Notes: generated by a model from the letters alone, not told the origin. 63,790 nt of DNA, filler included, from Reticulomyxa filosa (GCA_000512085.1; 26 parts of 26 records of this genome joined end to end with filler, not necessarily neighbours in it), one strand, 5' to 3'. Counted from the first letter of the whole stretch, positions 25,386-37,885 are shown. Numbers and translations: made by a program.

Positions 25386-25842
25386 GTAGGGGTTTTTCGC
25401 TGAATTAAAAATTTCTTAAAAACAATGTTTTTTATTGTTTCTCTTTCGCTGTTCTTCCGAATGGGTTTCGTATTTACTCTTTGCGAGGAATGCATAGTAA
25501 GATTTGATTTGCCAGTGGCTATTGGACATAATACATTTAATGTTTTGTCATTATTAATTTCATTTGGCTATTATCTCTGTTCTCTCAGGTTGCATTTTAT
25601 CACTAACATTGTGGATAATTTTTTTTAAAAAGACTCTCAATTGCTCAAAAACAATTTTTTATATGCATTTAATATCGGAAACTTTTTCATATTAAATCTG
25701 TGATAAATACAAAGAAAATTTTTTTAAAAGGAATTTTACAGTTGTTACGAATAAGAACCCAAAAAACAAGCTTCCTCTAAACCGGAAATTTAATTCAATC
25801 AAAATTAAGATCATTCCTTTTTTTTTTTCCTTTTGTATGAGA

Positions 25843-27130
25843 TCATTCCCACAAGCAAATGGATCCTTTACTTGAGCCATAGCACAAAGTATAACCACAA
25901 CCAGCATTGTCATTACAATCTTTTTTTTCCTTCAGCTGAGAAAACGCAAGGCATAGAATTGGGCTATTATTACGGATCTCATGCAATTGTTTATGAGTTC
26001 GAACATCCCAAAATCGAACAGTATTGTCAAATGATGCAGAGCATATAACAGTTGAATCAGCAATTACATTGGATTCATTATTGGTAGTTTCAAATGGTGA
26101 ATATTCAATGCAAGAGACACAATTGGTGTGTCCCTTCAGTACAAGAATTTCTTGTTTCAATCGAATATCCCATAAACGAACAGTTTTGTCATCAGATCCG
26201 GAGCATATTATATTTCCACCGCTACTTGAATATTTCACACTATTCACTGTACATTCATGACCTCTAAACACAAGTAATTCTTTATTCGTTTCGACATCCC
26301 ATAATCTAACAGTTTTGTCAGATGACCCAGAGCAAATTGTGTATCCAGCACCTCCAATTAACTCAATATTTCCATTATCTTTGCCGTGATTATTTTGTGG
26401 TGGCGAAAATTCCACACAGCAAACGCCTTTTGTATGTCCAGAGAGAATACAAAGTGGTTTTGCTGTTTCAATATCCCATAAACGAATGGTTTGATCTTTT
26501 GATGCAGAGCATAAGTATTTTCCACTACTGAAAAGGGAAAATTGAATGCTACAAACACCATCCTCATGTTCACGAAAAATGTGAAATTCTTTTTCAGTTT
26601 CCAAATCCCAAAAACGAATTGTTTTGTCATTTGCAGCAGAACAAATAATGGTACGGTGTTGGTAATTGCGATGATATAATGAAAATTTCACACAATATAC
26701 TTTATCCGAATGTCCATGGATTGTTTTCATTTGTTTGAAAGTCCCCACATCCCACACTCGAATTGTGGCATCATCTGAGCAAGAGCATAAAGAACGACTA
26801 TTATCAAAAGGGGAAAATTGAATGCTGTTTACATAACCGGAATGGCCATCAAAAGCTTTAACCATTTTTGCAGAACGAAATAAATCAAATGTAAACGCAG
26901 AAAACCATGATGACAAGAAAGGCTCATTATTACCCTGTTTTTTTTTATCTCGAATTAATTTTTGGCAATAACGACCAAGTGTGGCATTCTTTTCTTCCAA
27001 TAATTTTACCAATTTATTGTAATTTTTTTCCTTTTCAATAAATTCATGTTTCATCGCTTCATAAGCGTGTCTTTGTTTTTGCAATTCCTCTTGATGCATT
27101 GGCTCAATTGTTTTCATTTCGTTTTCCTTG
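25843..27130 (-). CDS. Coiled-coil plus WD40-repeat protein, 5'-partial
   Basis: Six to seven GH...D.T.R.WD repeats preceded by a K/E-rich coil and the family linker FDLFRSAK. Confidence 0.92.
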
Positions 27131-27326
27131 NNNNNNNNNNNNNNNNNNNNNNNNNNNNNNNNNNNNNNNNNNNNTTAATTAATTAANNNNNNNNNNNNNN
27201 NNNNNNNNNNNNNNNNNNNNNNNNNNNNNNTTTTTTTTTTTGCACGTCATGTTGGTGTACATGTTGTACATGTCCCGACAATAACGGAGGAATAATAATA
27301 GTAATTAATAATAATAATAATAATAG

Positions 27327-30300
27327 AATATCAATTGGGTGATGGAATTCGAGTTTCGAGTAGTTTATTACCTCATTTGGTTTCTCGCATAGCGCTAATG
27401 ACCTTGTTCCAATCATTGTATGGACAGTGTCAAGAGGTGATTGGAATTGGCGCGTTTTCTCCGTATGATTTTCACGACAATGATGCATCGGCTTCTTCTT
27501 CTTCCACTTTCGACGAAGAACACGACGTAGACCAAGGCAAAGCAAAAAAAGACAAATTTGTGCGAATCTATGTGGTTGGAGAATTTCAGTCTTTGGCTCA
27601 ACAGATTGAATGGAACCGTTTCATGGACGAAGCTTTGCAATATACGGACGACGTTTTGTCTTATTTTATTTATTATTATTATTTTTTTTTTTTTTGTAAG
27701 CCGAAAAGAAATTAAGACCGGTACACATATCCTTTATATACATATATATATGTAAATATATATACATTGGAATTGTTGCAATAGCAATGGTTGTATAAAT
27801 ATGCCAAAAGCTTCATTCGGCCGATTCCTCGAATTCCAAACTTTGTTCTGGGAGACGAGGAAGTGAATTATGTCAATTCGCAATCAAATTGCTCACGGAA
27901 TCCTTTGCGGCATTGCTAAGTCCTTCCAACATTCGATTATAGTTATTGCGATTATGTTCTTATTGCTTTTTTTGTTTGCTTGTTTGTTATTGCAATGAGA
28001 CAAGATCCAATTAAATGTGCTCTCTGTTTGCATTGGGATATTGTGTTTAGTCCAATGAAAAATATAACCCCAGTGATATTGCAAAAATGGGTTCAAAGCA
28101 AAGCGAGCCACTTGATAACGACCACTCGACGACTTCAAGTGCCATGGTGCTACCAAACTATTACAGTGAAACCATCAGTCATTTGCTTCATATCTTTGGC
28201 GGTGATTATATGTTGTTCTTTGGCGTGGACTGTGATCACAATCCGACACTGGCCAATCTGGTTCAATTTATGTATAATTCATGTACCCCAGTCAGCGAAA
28301 GTGCAATTTACGTATTCCACGATAATACATTGGACGACGAGACTTTAAAACGATGTGGAGTCAAATATTTGTGGGGTTTGTTTTTTTTTTTTTTTTTTCC
28401 ATTATTATTATTTTTATATATACAATGTACGTTCACTTTGCAATTAATTATATATAATACATACACAATAACTACAGACAAAGAAGGAAGCATCGTATGA
28501 AATAATATCAAAAGAAGAATCACTCCGCAAAGACAAGATGCAATGCAATCATTACATATCGTTGTCGAATTCGCAGGAATACGTGTTGCATCATTATTTG
28601 ACCGGCAACGACAGTATCGAATCGGAAGAAGACGGAGTGATGAGCCCATCGAAAGCGAAAGCGGAGAAGGTGTGGAAGACGACTCGAGAGATAACCACGT
28701 CCACAGCGGACAAGGTTCGCGAGCCGATGGAAAGTAGGATCATTGATGGAGAGAAGACGAGTGTATTGTTGTGGCATTATCTGAGCAACTTATGTAAGCA
28801 AGTGAAACAACATGAAAATAAAATCCAAGTGAAAGTGCATGTCGGATCTGGCGACAGCAAGTATCACAGTCCGACGAAAGAGTTCCTGCAGTACTGTACC
28901 AATGCGTCGATTCCATTGGTGGACGACAGCGGAGACTCTAAGCAACGACGACGTCGGACGGTGTTGGATGACAGTGAACAGCGATTGGACCGAACACCGA
29001 ACATTATCATTTCGTTTAGCAAAGATGGCAAAGGCACGATTTTGTTCACGCAAGCCGCGGTTCAAATGTTGCGAGATTCGAGTTTGCAAACGGTGGATAA
29101 GTTGGAAGAGTTTAGTGCGTCCGAGCTGTTGTTGGACTTGTTCCGTTTGTATACTGTCAATCGCTCCTTGTCCTCGTTGTGTTGCGACGGTCTCATCAAT
29201 CTCTTTGTCGTCGAATTGGCTCTCTTAATGCTCCACCTGTCGTTGAAGGATTGGTTCGATATTTACAATCGAACCCAGCCTATTCAAATCGATGACGACC
29301 GATGGGTGCATGTCAAAAAGCAAGTGGTCATACCAAAGTCTTTACCTACCACCGCCACTACTGTTTCTGCTGATAATCGCGCCGGCAACAAAGCCCCGTC
29401 ATCGTCAAAAACCACCTCTCAAACTCCAAAGCAACAGACAAAAGCAAAGACTACTGCCACAGCAGCTGCAGGTACGGAAACCCCAACGAAGAAGCCAAAA
29501 AACAACGCGAGCGAAGAGAAAGCAAAGTCAAGCCAAGTCACGCCCAAAGCCAACAACAGCAAAGCATCAACTGCAAAATCACCCAAGTTGACAACGGCAA
29601 AATCACCAACATCCAAGTCATCAACATCCAAGTCATCAACATCCAAGTCATCAACATCCAAATCACCAACATCCAAGTCGTCCAGGTCATCCAAATCATC
29701 AATTGCAACAACAAAAACAAAAACAAAAACTCCAACGGCAAAAACACAAACATCTAACAAAGATAATAAAACTCCAAAGCAATCCAAGTCCAAGACTTCT
29801 TCTTCTTCTTCTTCTTCTTCTTCGTCTGCGAAGAAAACAAAGAGCACATCTTCGAAGAAAACAGCCGAAGAAGTCCAAGACGGAGTTTTAAGTCCGTCCA
29901 AAGCAAAAGCACTGGCTAAAAGAAAAAAAAGAACGCAAGGCAACTCTTGTTCAAGCACAAACGGAAACCAAGACTGGTGATGCCAATGAGACTGCTGCTC
30001 CTAATGTTACTTTTGCTATCTTTTCTCCCATCTTTCATTCATTTGTTTCACACTTTTTATTTTATTTTAAATAAAAAGTATTATGTCTGCGACAAAATAT
30101 TGAATTGATGTCGAACAAAGGAGGCGCAAAAAAATGACGACAACGACGACGACGAAAAGACACACACGCAAGTTGCAGAACCAAAAGAAGATGCAGTTGC
30201 AGAGCCAAAGGATGCAGAAGTAGCAAAAGAGGCCGTAGTGTCACCCGATATATCTGCATCCGTCACGGAACAATCGACCACTAATGATGACGCCAACAAA

Positions 30301-31702
30301 ACGAGCGACTCCATCACCACCGAGACCACTAGCGTTGCGGAGCCAACTTCAGCCAAGTCAGATGTTGTTAATGAAACGGAGAAAAGCACCGATGACACCA
30401 AAGTGCAAAGTTCTGCTGAAATCATTGCCGAGGACTCCGCCGTCAAGCCATCCTCCTCCGAAGAGGTAATTACCACATTAGACACAAGCGCTCAAGAATT
30501 GATGGACCTGGTCAATCAAAATGACGCCGAAATTGTCAATGACAATGATAAAGACAAAGAGGATAACAATGACAATGACAATGACAATGACAATGGCAAT
30601 AACAATGACAATGAAATTGAAAAAGAAAATGAAACAGCAGAAGCAGAAGTAGAAGTAGAAGTAGAAGTAGAAGTAGAAGTAGAAGCAAAAGTAGAAGCAA
30701 AAGTAGAAGTAGATGTAGAAGTAGAAACAGAAAAAGAAGCAAATAACAATGCAGGGAACAGCACGGAAATAACAAACGAGGACAAAGATATTGAAAACAA
30801 TGAAAGTGTAATCAAAGCAAACGAGGACGAAATAGAAGAAGTGGACACAGAGGCGCCTTCAAATGAGGAAAAGCAAGTTGTAGACACGCAAGATACGATT
30901 GAAACAGTAGAATCCGTACTCTCAACCGAACCGACAGCGGAAACAACAGAGAAACGACAACAGAAATCATAACAGAAACAACAATAGACACAGTGACAGA
31001 AGCAGAAACAAAAAACGACACGGAAGAACCTACGGAACAGGATGGAGTGGAAGAGAAGAAAGAAGAGGAATCTGCATTGGAGACGGAAGAGCAAGGCGAT
31101 GCATTGGGAGAGTTGCCAGCTATTGCATCTGATCCACACGCTCCGAAACGGTTTGCACACAAGCAGAAAATATTTGATGACATATACCTCACATATATAT
31201 AAATATACACATAAATGTATACATTGTCATGCAAATCCAAAAAAAAAATATGACGAAAAAGCCAATCGGTTCGAGAACAAGCTTTGGCGTCACTAAAAGC
31301 AAAGACAAAGGAAGAATCGATAGTATTGACAAAAGCGGCAAAGACAGCGCCAAGCGCGGCGATCGCACAGCGGATAACCATCTTCAAACAACAAGAAGAG
31401 GCGTGGAAGAGCAACTATTACAGAAAAGGAGATGGGGACGTGGCGACGAGGGAAATCGAAGAACTGAAGCGTCAGGACAAGAGGTTGGAAGAGCGCGTCC
31501 GTAATTTGACCGAACGAAACGACGAAAATGTGACTTGGCGTAGTTACTACTATACACAAGGCGATACTGCTAATCGTGAGTTGGAAACGTTAAAAGAAAG
31601 TAGCAGTTCGTTATTGCAATCCAACATTGAAATGTTCACCAAGTTGGATATGGAAGGAAACGACCTTTTCAAAAAAGTTTCATCAAAAAATTTATTCTTT
31701 TT

Positions 31703-31733
<31 letters not shown>
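27327..31733 (+). CDS. Multi-exon phosphoacetylglucosamine mutase (PGM3/AGM1)-like pseudoenzyme with basic, acidic and repeat-containing tails; apparent frameshifts
   Basis: Colinear matches to AGM1 domains 1-3: GDGIR..L..LVSRIAL, VDCDHN, LKRCGVKYL, IIDGEKTSVL, SFSKDGKGTILF and DGLINLFVVELAL..LSLKDWFDIY. Whether the 30121-31733 exons belong to the same gene is inferred. Confidence 0.65.
29600..29700 (+). repeat. 15-bp coding tandem repeat (KS[S/P]TS units)
   Basis: About five copies of TCAACATCCAAGTCA. A (GAAGTA)n EV repeat also occurs at ~30646-30726. Confidence 0.85.
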
Positions 31734-32030
31734 NNNNNNNNNNNNNNNNNNNNNNNNNNNNNNNNNNNNNNNNNNNNTTAATTAATTAANNNNNNNNNNN
31801 NNNNNNNNNNNNNNNNNNNNNNNNNNNNNNNNNATTGTATCAAAGCATCCGATTTTGTACGTCTCGGTGTTTCTGCCTATGTGAAATTATGGTCTGAACA
31901 AAATTCTTGCAGATCATTTAGTAGTATGATGCTCCCATTTTTCATCGACCTAGCCTTTTCGAATACTTGTTTCAAAATCATAGCATTAGGATCGTGTAAC
32001 AAGAGGCAACATTCGATATTAAAAAATGTA

Positions 32031-32086
32031 GCCAAATTGCACTGTGTGCCAAATTGCACTGGGTGCCAAATTACACTGGGTGCCAA
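32031..32086. repeat. 17-bp tandem repeat x3.3 (GCCAAATTGCACTGGGT)
   Basis: GCCAAATTGCACTGTGT GCCAAATTGCACTGGGT GCCAAATTACACTGGGT GCCAA. Confidence 0.9.
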
Positions 32087-32278
32087 TAGCGTGAGTCAAA
32101 TATGTTTCCCCAGTGCCAGAGGGTCCGTAAAACAATACAAACTCAGCACGTACATTTTCTTTTTTAGAAGAACAAAGCTGCTGGCGTAATTATCGTTGAA
32201 ATCGCGACTGGTTTCAATTCTTTCAAACAATACACGTTCAATTTCACATAAGTTTCTATAGTCACACACTTGTGGTAT

Positions 32279-32339
32279 ATGCGGTTTCGACCTACCGTCG
32301 GGCTATTCAGTGCTGTCAGGTCTAAGCAGCAGACCGCAT
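32279..32339 (-). ncRNA. Type III hammerhead ribozyme-like motif with a degenerate core
   Basis: Minus strand reads AUGCG-GUC-UGCUG-loop-CAGCA-CUGAAUA-GCCC-gacggua-GGUC-GAAAC-CGCAU: 7-bp stem III, GUC triplet, 5-bp stem I, CUGA and GAAA boxes. G8 is U and stem II has one mismatch. Confidence 0.6.
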
Positions 32340-33064
32340 GTAGCTAACAAATTAGCGACACACTAGGGCGTGCATCAATTAAGACCTGGCCCCCTGATCT
32401 TGGTAATTTGCCAAGTAACAGGCAACAGCTTTTTATTTAAAGGTGCGCTGTTTACACCTAAATAAATAAAAAATAAAATTAAAAATAAAAACGTACATTT
32501 GTATTGGCCTTGGTTTTGAGTTCTTCGTTGTGCTTTCAGTTGGGCTGTTTGTTAGGCTATTCGTTGGGCTGTTTGTTGGGTTATACGTTGGAGCGCCAGT
32601 TGGTTTTTGTACAAAGAAGCAAGACCTTGCGAGGATATAAACGTCGTTTGAAATTATAATAAATCGTCATGCATACAATCTGCAATTTTGCCCAGCATTG
32701 TGATAATTTTGCATAATCTTAAAAAAGTGATTATTTTTATTGTTATTGTAACGAGATGGAATAAATTCATTTGATTTCTTTTGCCCTGTTTCATTATCTT
32801 TTTTTGCAAGTTGTTTTTTAATCGGAGATTGGAGCTGCTCCAACAGATCGGTATGTTTTGTATGTGCCACTGTTGGAACATTCCCAAGTTCGTTCGATTC
32901 AAGCGTGCTTTTCTTTTTCATTGGCAAATGATTCAATGTATTTATTTTGGATTTGGAATTGGACNNNNNNNNNNNNNNNNNNNNNNNNNNNNNNNNNNNN
33001 NNNNNNNNTTAATTAATTAANNNNNNNNNNNNNNNNNNNNNNNNNNNNNNNNNNNNNNNNNNNN

Positions 33065-35531
33065 GACGCCGTGTTGGAGCGAATGAACAGTGTGTTGGAG
33101 CCATCCAGAACTTTGTTCTTGGCCGAAAAGGGTGGCAATCAGACCGAGGAGATTATCGCCCATCCATCCTTTCGAATCTTGAGCACAATGAACCCCGGAG
33201 GGGACTTTGGAAAGAAGGAGCTGTCGCCCGCATTGCGAAATCGATTTACCGAAATATGGGTACCCTCGCTCATGGAAAGCAATGAAGATTTGCTGGCCAT
33301 TATCAAAGAGCGAGCAAGGAATCAAAGCGAATTGGTCCACTTTGCGCCGTTGATTATCGATTTTATGAAGTGGCTGAAATCGCAAAATGAAATCGTCGTT
33401 TCGTTGCGAGATATTGTTAGTTGGGTTGACTTTATGATGCACTTTGGCACAAAGCAGTCGCAATTGCAATCGCAATCGCAATCGCAATCGCAAGCAAATC
33501 ATAAGCCTTGGATTCAAGCGTACATTGAAGGCGCGCATTTGATCTTTTTGGACGGACTCGGCATTGGCACTACCATGTCGCATATTCATTCCTCTCATTT
33601 GCGGAAACACGCCATCGATTTTCTGCGTCAGCAATTGAAGGACCAGTTGGACCTGTTTGATATCCACATTGACATCAACGATGAAGAATTGAAAGTAATC
33701 GAAACCGAATCCGAAGTTTGTATGGGCGTCTTTGGTATATCTAAAAAAGTACAATTGCATGCAGGAACAGGAGTAGAGAATGTAAAGCCTAGTCGACCAT
33801 TGTCCTATTGCTTGAATGCACCTACAGTCAAACGGAACTTGATGAAGATATTACGTGCACTGTCTTTGCCAAAGGCAATATTGCTCGAAGGCAGTCCGGG
33901 CGTGGGCAAAACGTCATTGATAGCGGCGTTGGGACACATGGTCGGATGTGACGTGGTGCGAATCAATTTGTCGGAACAAACAGATTTAATGGACTTGCTG
34001 GGATGTGACCTGCCGCAGGCCAATGGTCATGGATTCACATGGTGTCCAGGTATTCTGTTGAAGGCGATCCAAGACGGACAATGGGTGTTGTTGGACGAAC
34101 TGAACCTGGCCAGTCAGTCTGTGCTGGAGGGCTTGAATGCAGTGTTGGATCATCGCAGCTGCATATATATCCCCGAACTGGACCAAGAGTTTGCTTGTGC
34201 GCCGACATTTCGAGTGTTTGCAGCTCAAAATCCAGTCATCGAAGGGGGTGGACGAAAGGGATTGCCTGCCTCGTTTTTGAACCGTTTTAGTAAAGTGTAT
34301 TTGGAGCCTTTGCAAAAGCAGGACCTCAATATCATTGCTCATGCCTTGTATCCGCAAATCAATCCTGACATTATCCACTCGTTGATTGATTGGGTCGAAA
34401 CCGTACACGATGAAGTCATGGCGAAACGCACTTTTGGTCGCAATGGAGCGCCTTGGGAGTTCAACCTAAGGGATGTCTTCAAGTGCTGTGATATCATGCT
34501 CAATCCTTTCAGCGGCTTTGATGCCACTTTGCGACACGACAAAGCGGAGGACGCACGTGCGACGGCACGCACGTACCAGGAACACGACGAGAACAAACAA
34601 GAACAAGTGCATGCGTTGGAACAGATATTGGACATGGTGTTTGTGCAAAGAATGCGAACGGAAAAAGATCGACAACAAATGTCTCAATTCTTGAAACAGT
34701 CGTTTTTTGACAAAATGGAATGGAAGACATTGCAACAAAGTCATCAATGGCCAGACGTGCGTATTACAAATGAGTACGTGCAAATCGGCCAATGTGTGGC
34801 CATGAGACATCAGCAGATACAAACCTCATCAAAGACACATTGCGACGAAACCGACTTGGCATTGCTGTTTGAACATCGCAAGTTGTTGCAATATTTGATC
34901 CGCTGTGTAAATCACAAATGGCCTGTGCTATTGGTCGGGCCCAGTCATTGCGGTAAAACGAGCTGTATTCGTTGGTTGGCTGAAATTACACACCATCGAT
35001 TGCATGAATTTGCAATGACTCCGGAAATCGAATCCAGTGAATTGCTGGGATGCTTTGAACAGGTGGATATTCTAAGACATATTCGCGGCTATTTAATGGA
35101 CATGGATAACTTTATCGAGACATTGGCCGAAGAGTTGGTGCATGACTCTGAAATGGCCATCGTTTGGAAGCAATGGAAGAAGGTGTTCAAAGAATGGTAT
35201 GCCATTGCAGATGACACCAAACATGAATCCTCTGCCGACCAGCTCAAACTCAAAGACTTATCCCAAACTCAACACGTCCAGCACATGGAACACGTGTTCG
35301 CGGCCTTGCAACAGGTCATTGCGCAAGCATCCAAAGATCCCCAGCAAAGACAGCAGTCCTTACAAGTATTGCGTGACAAGTTCGCCGCGGTGATGAAACT
35401 GTGCGAACAGGGCACCATTGGACACTTTGAATGGATCGACGGAACCCTCCTCCAAGCTCTGGAAAGAGGAGACTGGCTGCTCTTGGAAAATGTCAACTTT
35501 TGCAATGCCAGCGTGTTGGATCGATTGAATC
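33065..35531 (+). CDS. MDN1: Midasin (MDN1/Rea1) AAA+ ATPase, internal fragment
   Basis: TMNPGGDFGKKELSPALRNRFTEIW, LLEGSPGVGKT, WVLLDELNLASQSVLEGLN, GGGRKGLPASFLNRF and FEWIDGTL. Confidence 0.96.
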
Positions 35532-35708
35532 NNNNNNNNNNNNNNNNNNNNNNNNNNNNNNNNNNNNNNNNNNNNTTAATTAATTAANNNNNNNNNNNNN
35601 NNNNNNNNNNNNNNNNNNNNNNNNNNNNNNNTTTTTTTTTTTTTTTGTTTTAAAAAAAAAAAAAAAAAAAAAAAATCGAAATGAAGTAGTGGTGTATCCT
35701 CAAAACCA

Positions 35709-37085
35709 TTGGTTGTAGAAAACGATAAAAATCAAACATTGATCTCGACTACGTCGACAACCAGTTCTAGTTCCACATTGACGCCGAGCAAAACGGACAA
35801 TATCACTGACAACAGCAACGCTAACCAAGCCAAATCCGAAACTGCGTCAATCGAAGGTACAAAAGCTTTGTCGCTAGCTCTGTCATTTTGTTTTTCCAGT
35901 CTGGGAGAGACGCGAGGGAGTAGGTTGAAGTGAATGATGTCAAAGAACACATGTCTACAAACAAAAAAAATGTTGGAACGCAGATGAAAAGAAAGAAGCA
36001 ATTGACAATAGCAACATTGTTTCCAATGAAAAAATCAGCTTGGATCACAACGACGATTTTCCCAAACGACAGAGAAGTGGCAGTGTTTCTGGGATTGCGC
36101 TGCATGATATCCCTTCACCGGTACCGAAGCAAAAGAATGTGGTGAAAGAGGCGACCATGCGAGCTCATTTGGAAGCATTGGTAGCATTGGAGCCTATTCC
36201 AGAACGAAAAGATCTAAAGAGAACTAGCAGCAATACCCTCAAGTCACAAAACGACACAATCAAAACAGAAGCCACACAACAACAGACTGCGGACAAGGAT
36301 AAATCTCAGACGGCCGATAGCAAAAATTCAAAAGATGTCAACCCTACCCCGACTCAATCGCAACAAAGTGAGCAACTTTATTATACGTAGTATACATATA
36401 CATATACGTATACATATATGTATATATTTGTATATGGATGCGTGTATTCCTTTTTTTTTTTTTTTTTTCCCAATAACGACAACATAACAACAAAAACAAA
36501 ATGCAATTGAGTTGCAATGTTTGTGGACTAGAACAAGATTTGTTACGTGACGTCAACGCGGGACAATCAACGAAACAACAGCCATTGCCATCGACACAAA
36601 ATATAGCACCTACCTCGCCATCATGGACTCCGTCGGATAAAAGCAGCAATACCACAAAGACAATGACATCTCAGCCTTCAAGTGTACGTTTGCCCCCCAC
36701 CTCACCTAAAGAATCGAGTCGTGAAATGAACTTCCTTCCAACTCGTGATAGATCGTCGTTGGGAGATCCTTTTGGTGAGCTCTGGGATGACAGAAAAAGG
36801 AGAATACGCTCTACGAGCAACTGGCAATGTGCTAATTGGGGTATAATCTTTTTTTTTTTTTTTTTTTTTTTCTTGTTTGTTATGTATGCGTGTGATGCAA
36901 TGAACAAAATAGACTTGCAATCGGTGATTTTCAAAAGTGGCGAAGATATGAGACAAGAACAATTTGCAATGCAAATCATTCGATTGTTTGAGAAAATTTT
37001 CAAAGACGCCAAACTGCCATTGCAATTAAGGCCGTATTCTGTCGTCGTGACATCACCGGCGTCTGGATTTGTGGAGACTGTCACG
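35709..37085 (+). CDS. Phosphatidylinositol 4-kinase type III beta-like (PI4KB/Pik1), internal multi-exon fragment
   Basis: FGELWDDRKRRIR...NW | DLQSVIFKSGEDMRQEQFAMQII...LRPYSVVV..SGFVE. GT-AG intron at 36841-36912. Upstream exon boundaries are uncertain. Confidence 0.85.
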
Positions 37086-37885
37086 GTTAGTTCAACTTTG
37101 AAAATGGAATTGATAATTTATTTATTTNNNNNNNNNNNNNNNNNNNNNNNNNNNNNNNNNNNNNNNNNNNNTTAATTAATTAANNNNNNNNNNNNNNNNN
37201 NNNNNNNNNNNNNNNNNNNNNNNNNNNTGAGAAGAGGGTTTTAACCCACTGGGGGTCCCACCGTTCCGTTAGTAGTTGGGGATTTATAATAGGGACTTTC
37301 CCTACAATAGTTACGACACAGTCACGATTATCAACTTTTTCTTGAAATTATCAAAAATCAATAAAATATTCAATTTTTTAAACAATTAGTAAATATGTAA
37401 TAAAAAACCAAAATGATATTTAAAAAATACATTATTTGTAGATTTTTAAAAAAATTTAAAAAATTAGGTCTGAATGATGTTTTTTCATTTAGAAAATCAA
37501 TCATCTATAAGGTGCCGTTTTATGTTCAACTTTATTTTGCATTCTACTGTACTTCAACTTCAAGTCTTAGTTATTATCAAATAAAAACTATAATTTCATT
37601 TTCGTACTTAATAGTCTTCACATCACAAAATTTAAATAAAAAAAAAGGATTTTATGAAGTAGCATTTTATGTTTACTGTTTTTTTCAAACTACTTGACTT
37701 CAATATATAATGACCAAAATAATAACTAATATTTCATTGCAAACAAGAAAAGTGTAAAGTAGTTGTTGTGTTAAAATAGTAATAATTCTTAAAAATGTTT
37801 TAAAAATTGAATTATTACATTCAATGATAAAAATATCATTTTTGTCCGACAAACAATTCGATATAAGCAATTTAATAAAATTATT

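Noticed and set aside
22274-27130. Bacterial genes between WD40 and Kelch genes as horizontal transfer or a gene cluster
   Set aside because: Linkers lie on both sides, so there is no physical linkage.
29419-31160. Long minus-strand ORFs (179 aa, 214 aa)
   Set aside because: They are antisense shadows of low-complexity plus-strand coding repeats.
32340-32425. U1 snRNA resemblance on the minus strand (GAUCA, UGCAC, AAUUUGU)
   Set aside because: There is no ACUUACCUG 5' end, and neither the spacing nor the cloverleaf fits.
31834-32964. Flanking minus-strand ORF pieces as a retrotransposon gag/ORF1
   Set aside because: Only a vague KNGSIIL similarity is present, with no zinc knuckle, RT or endonuclease motif.
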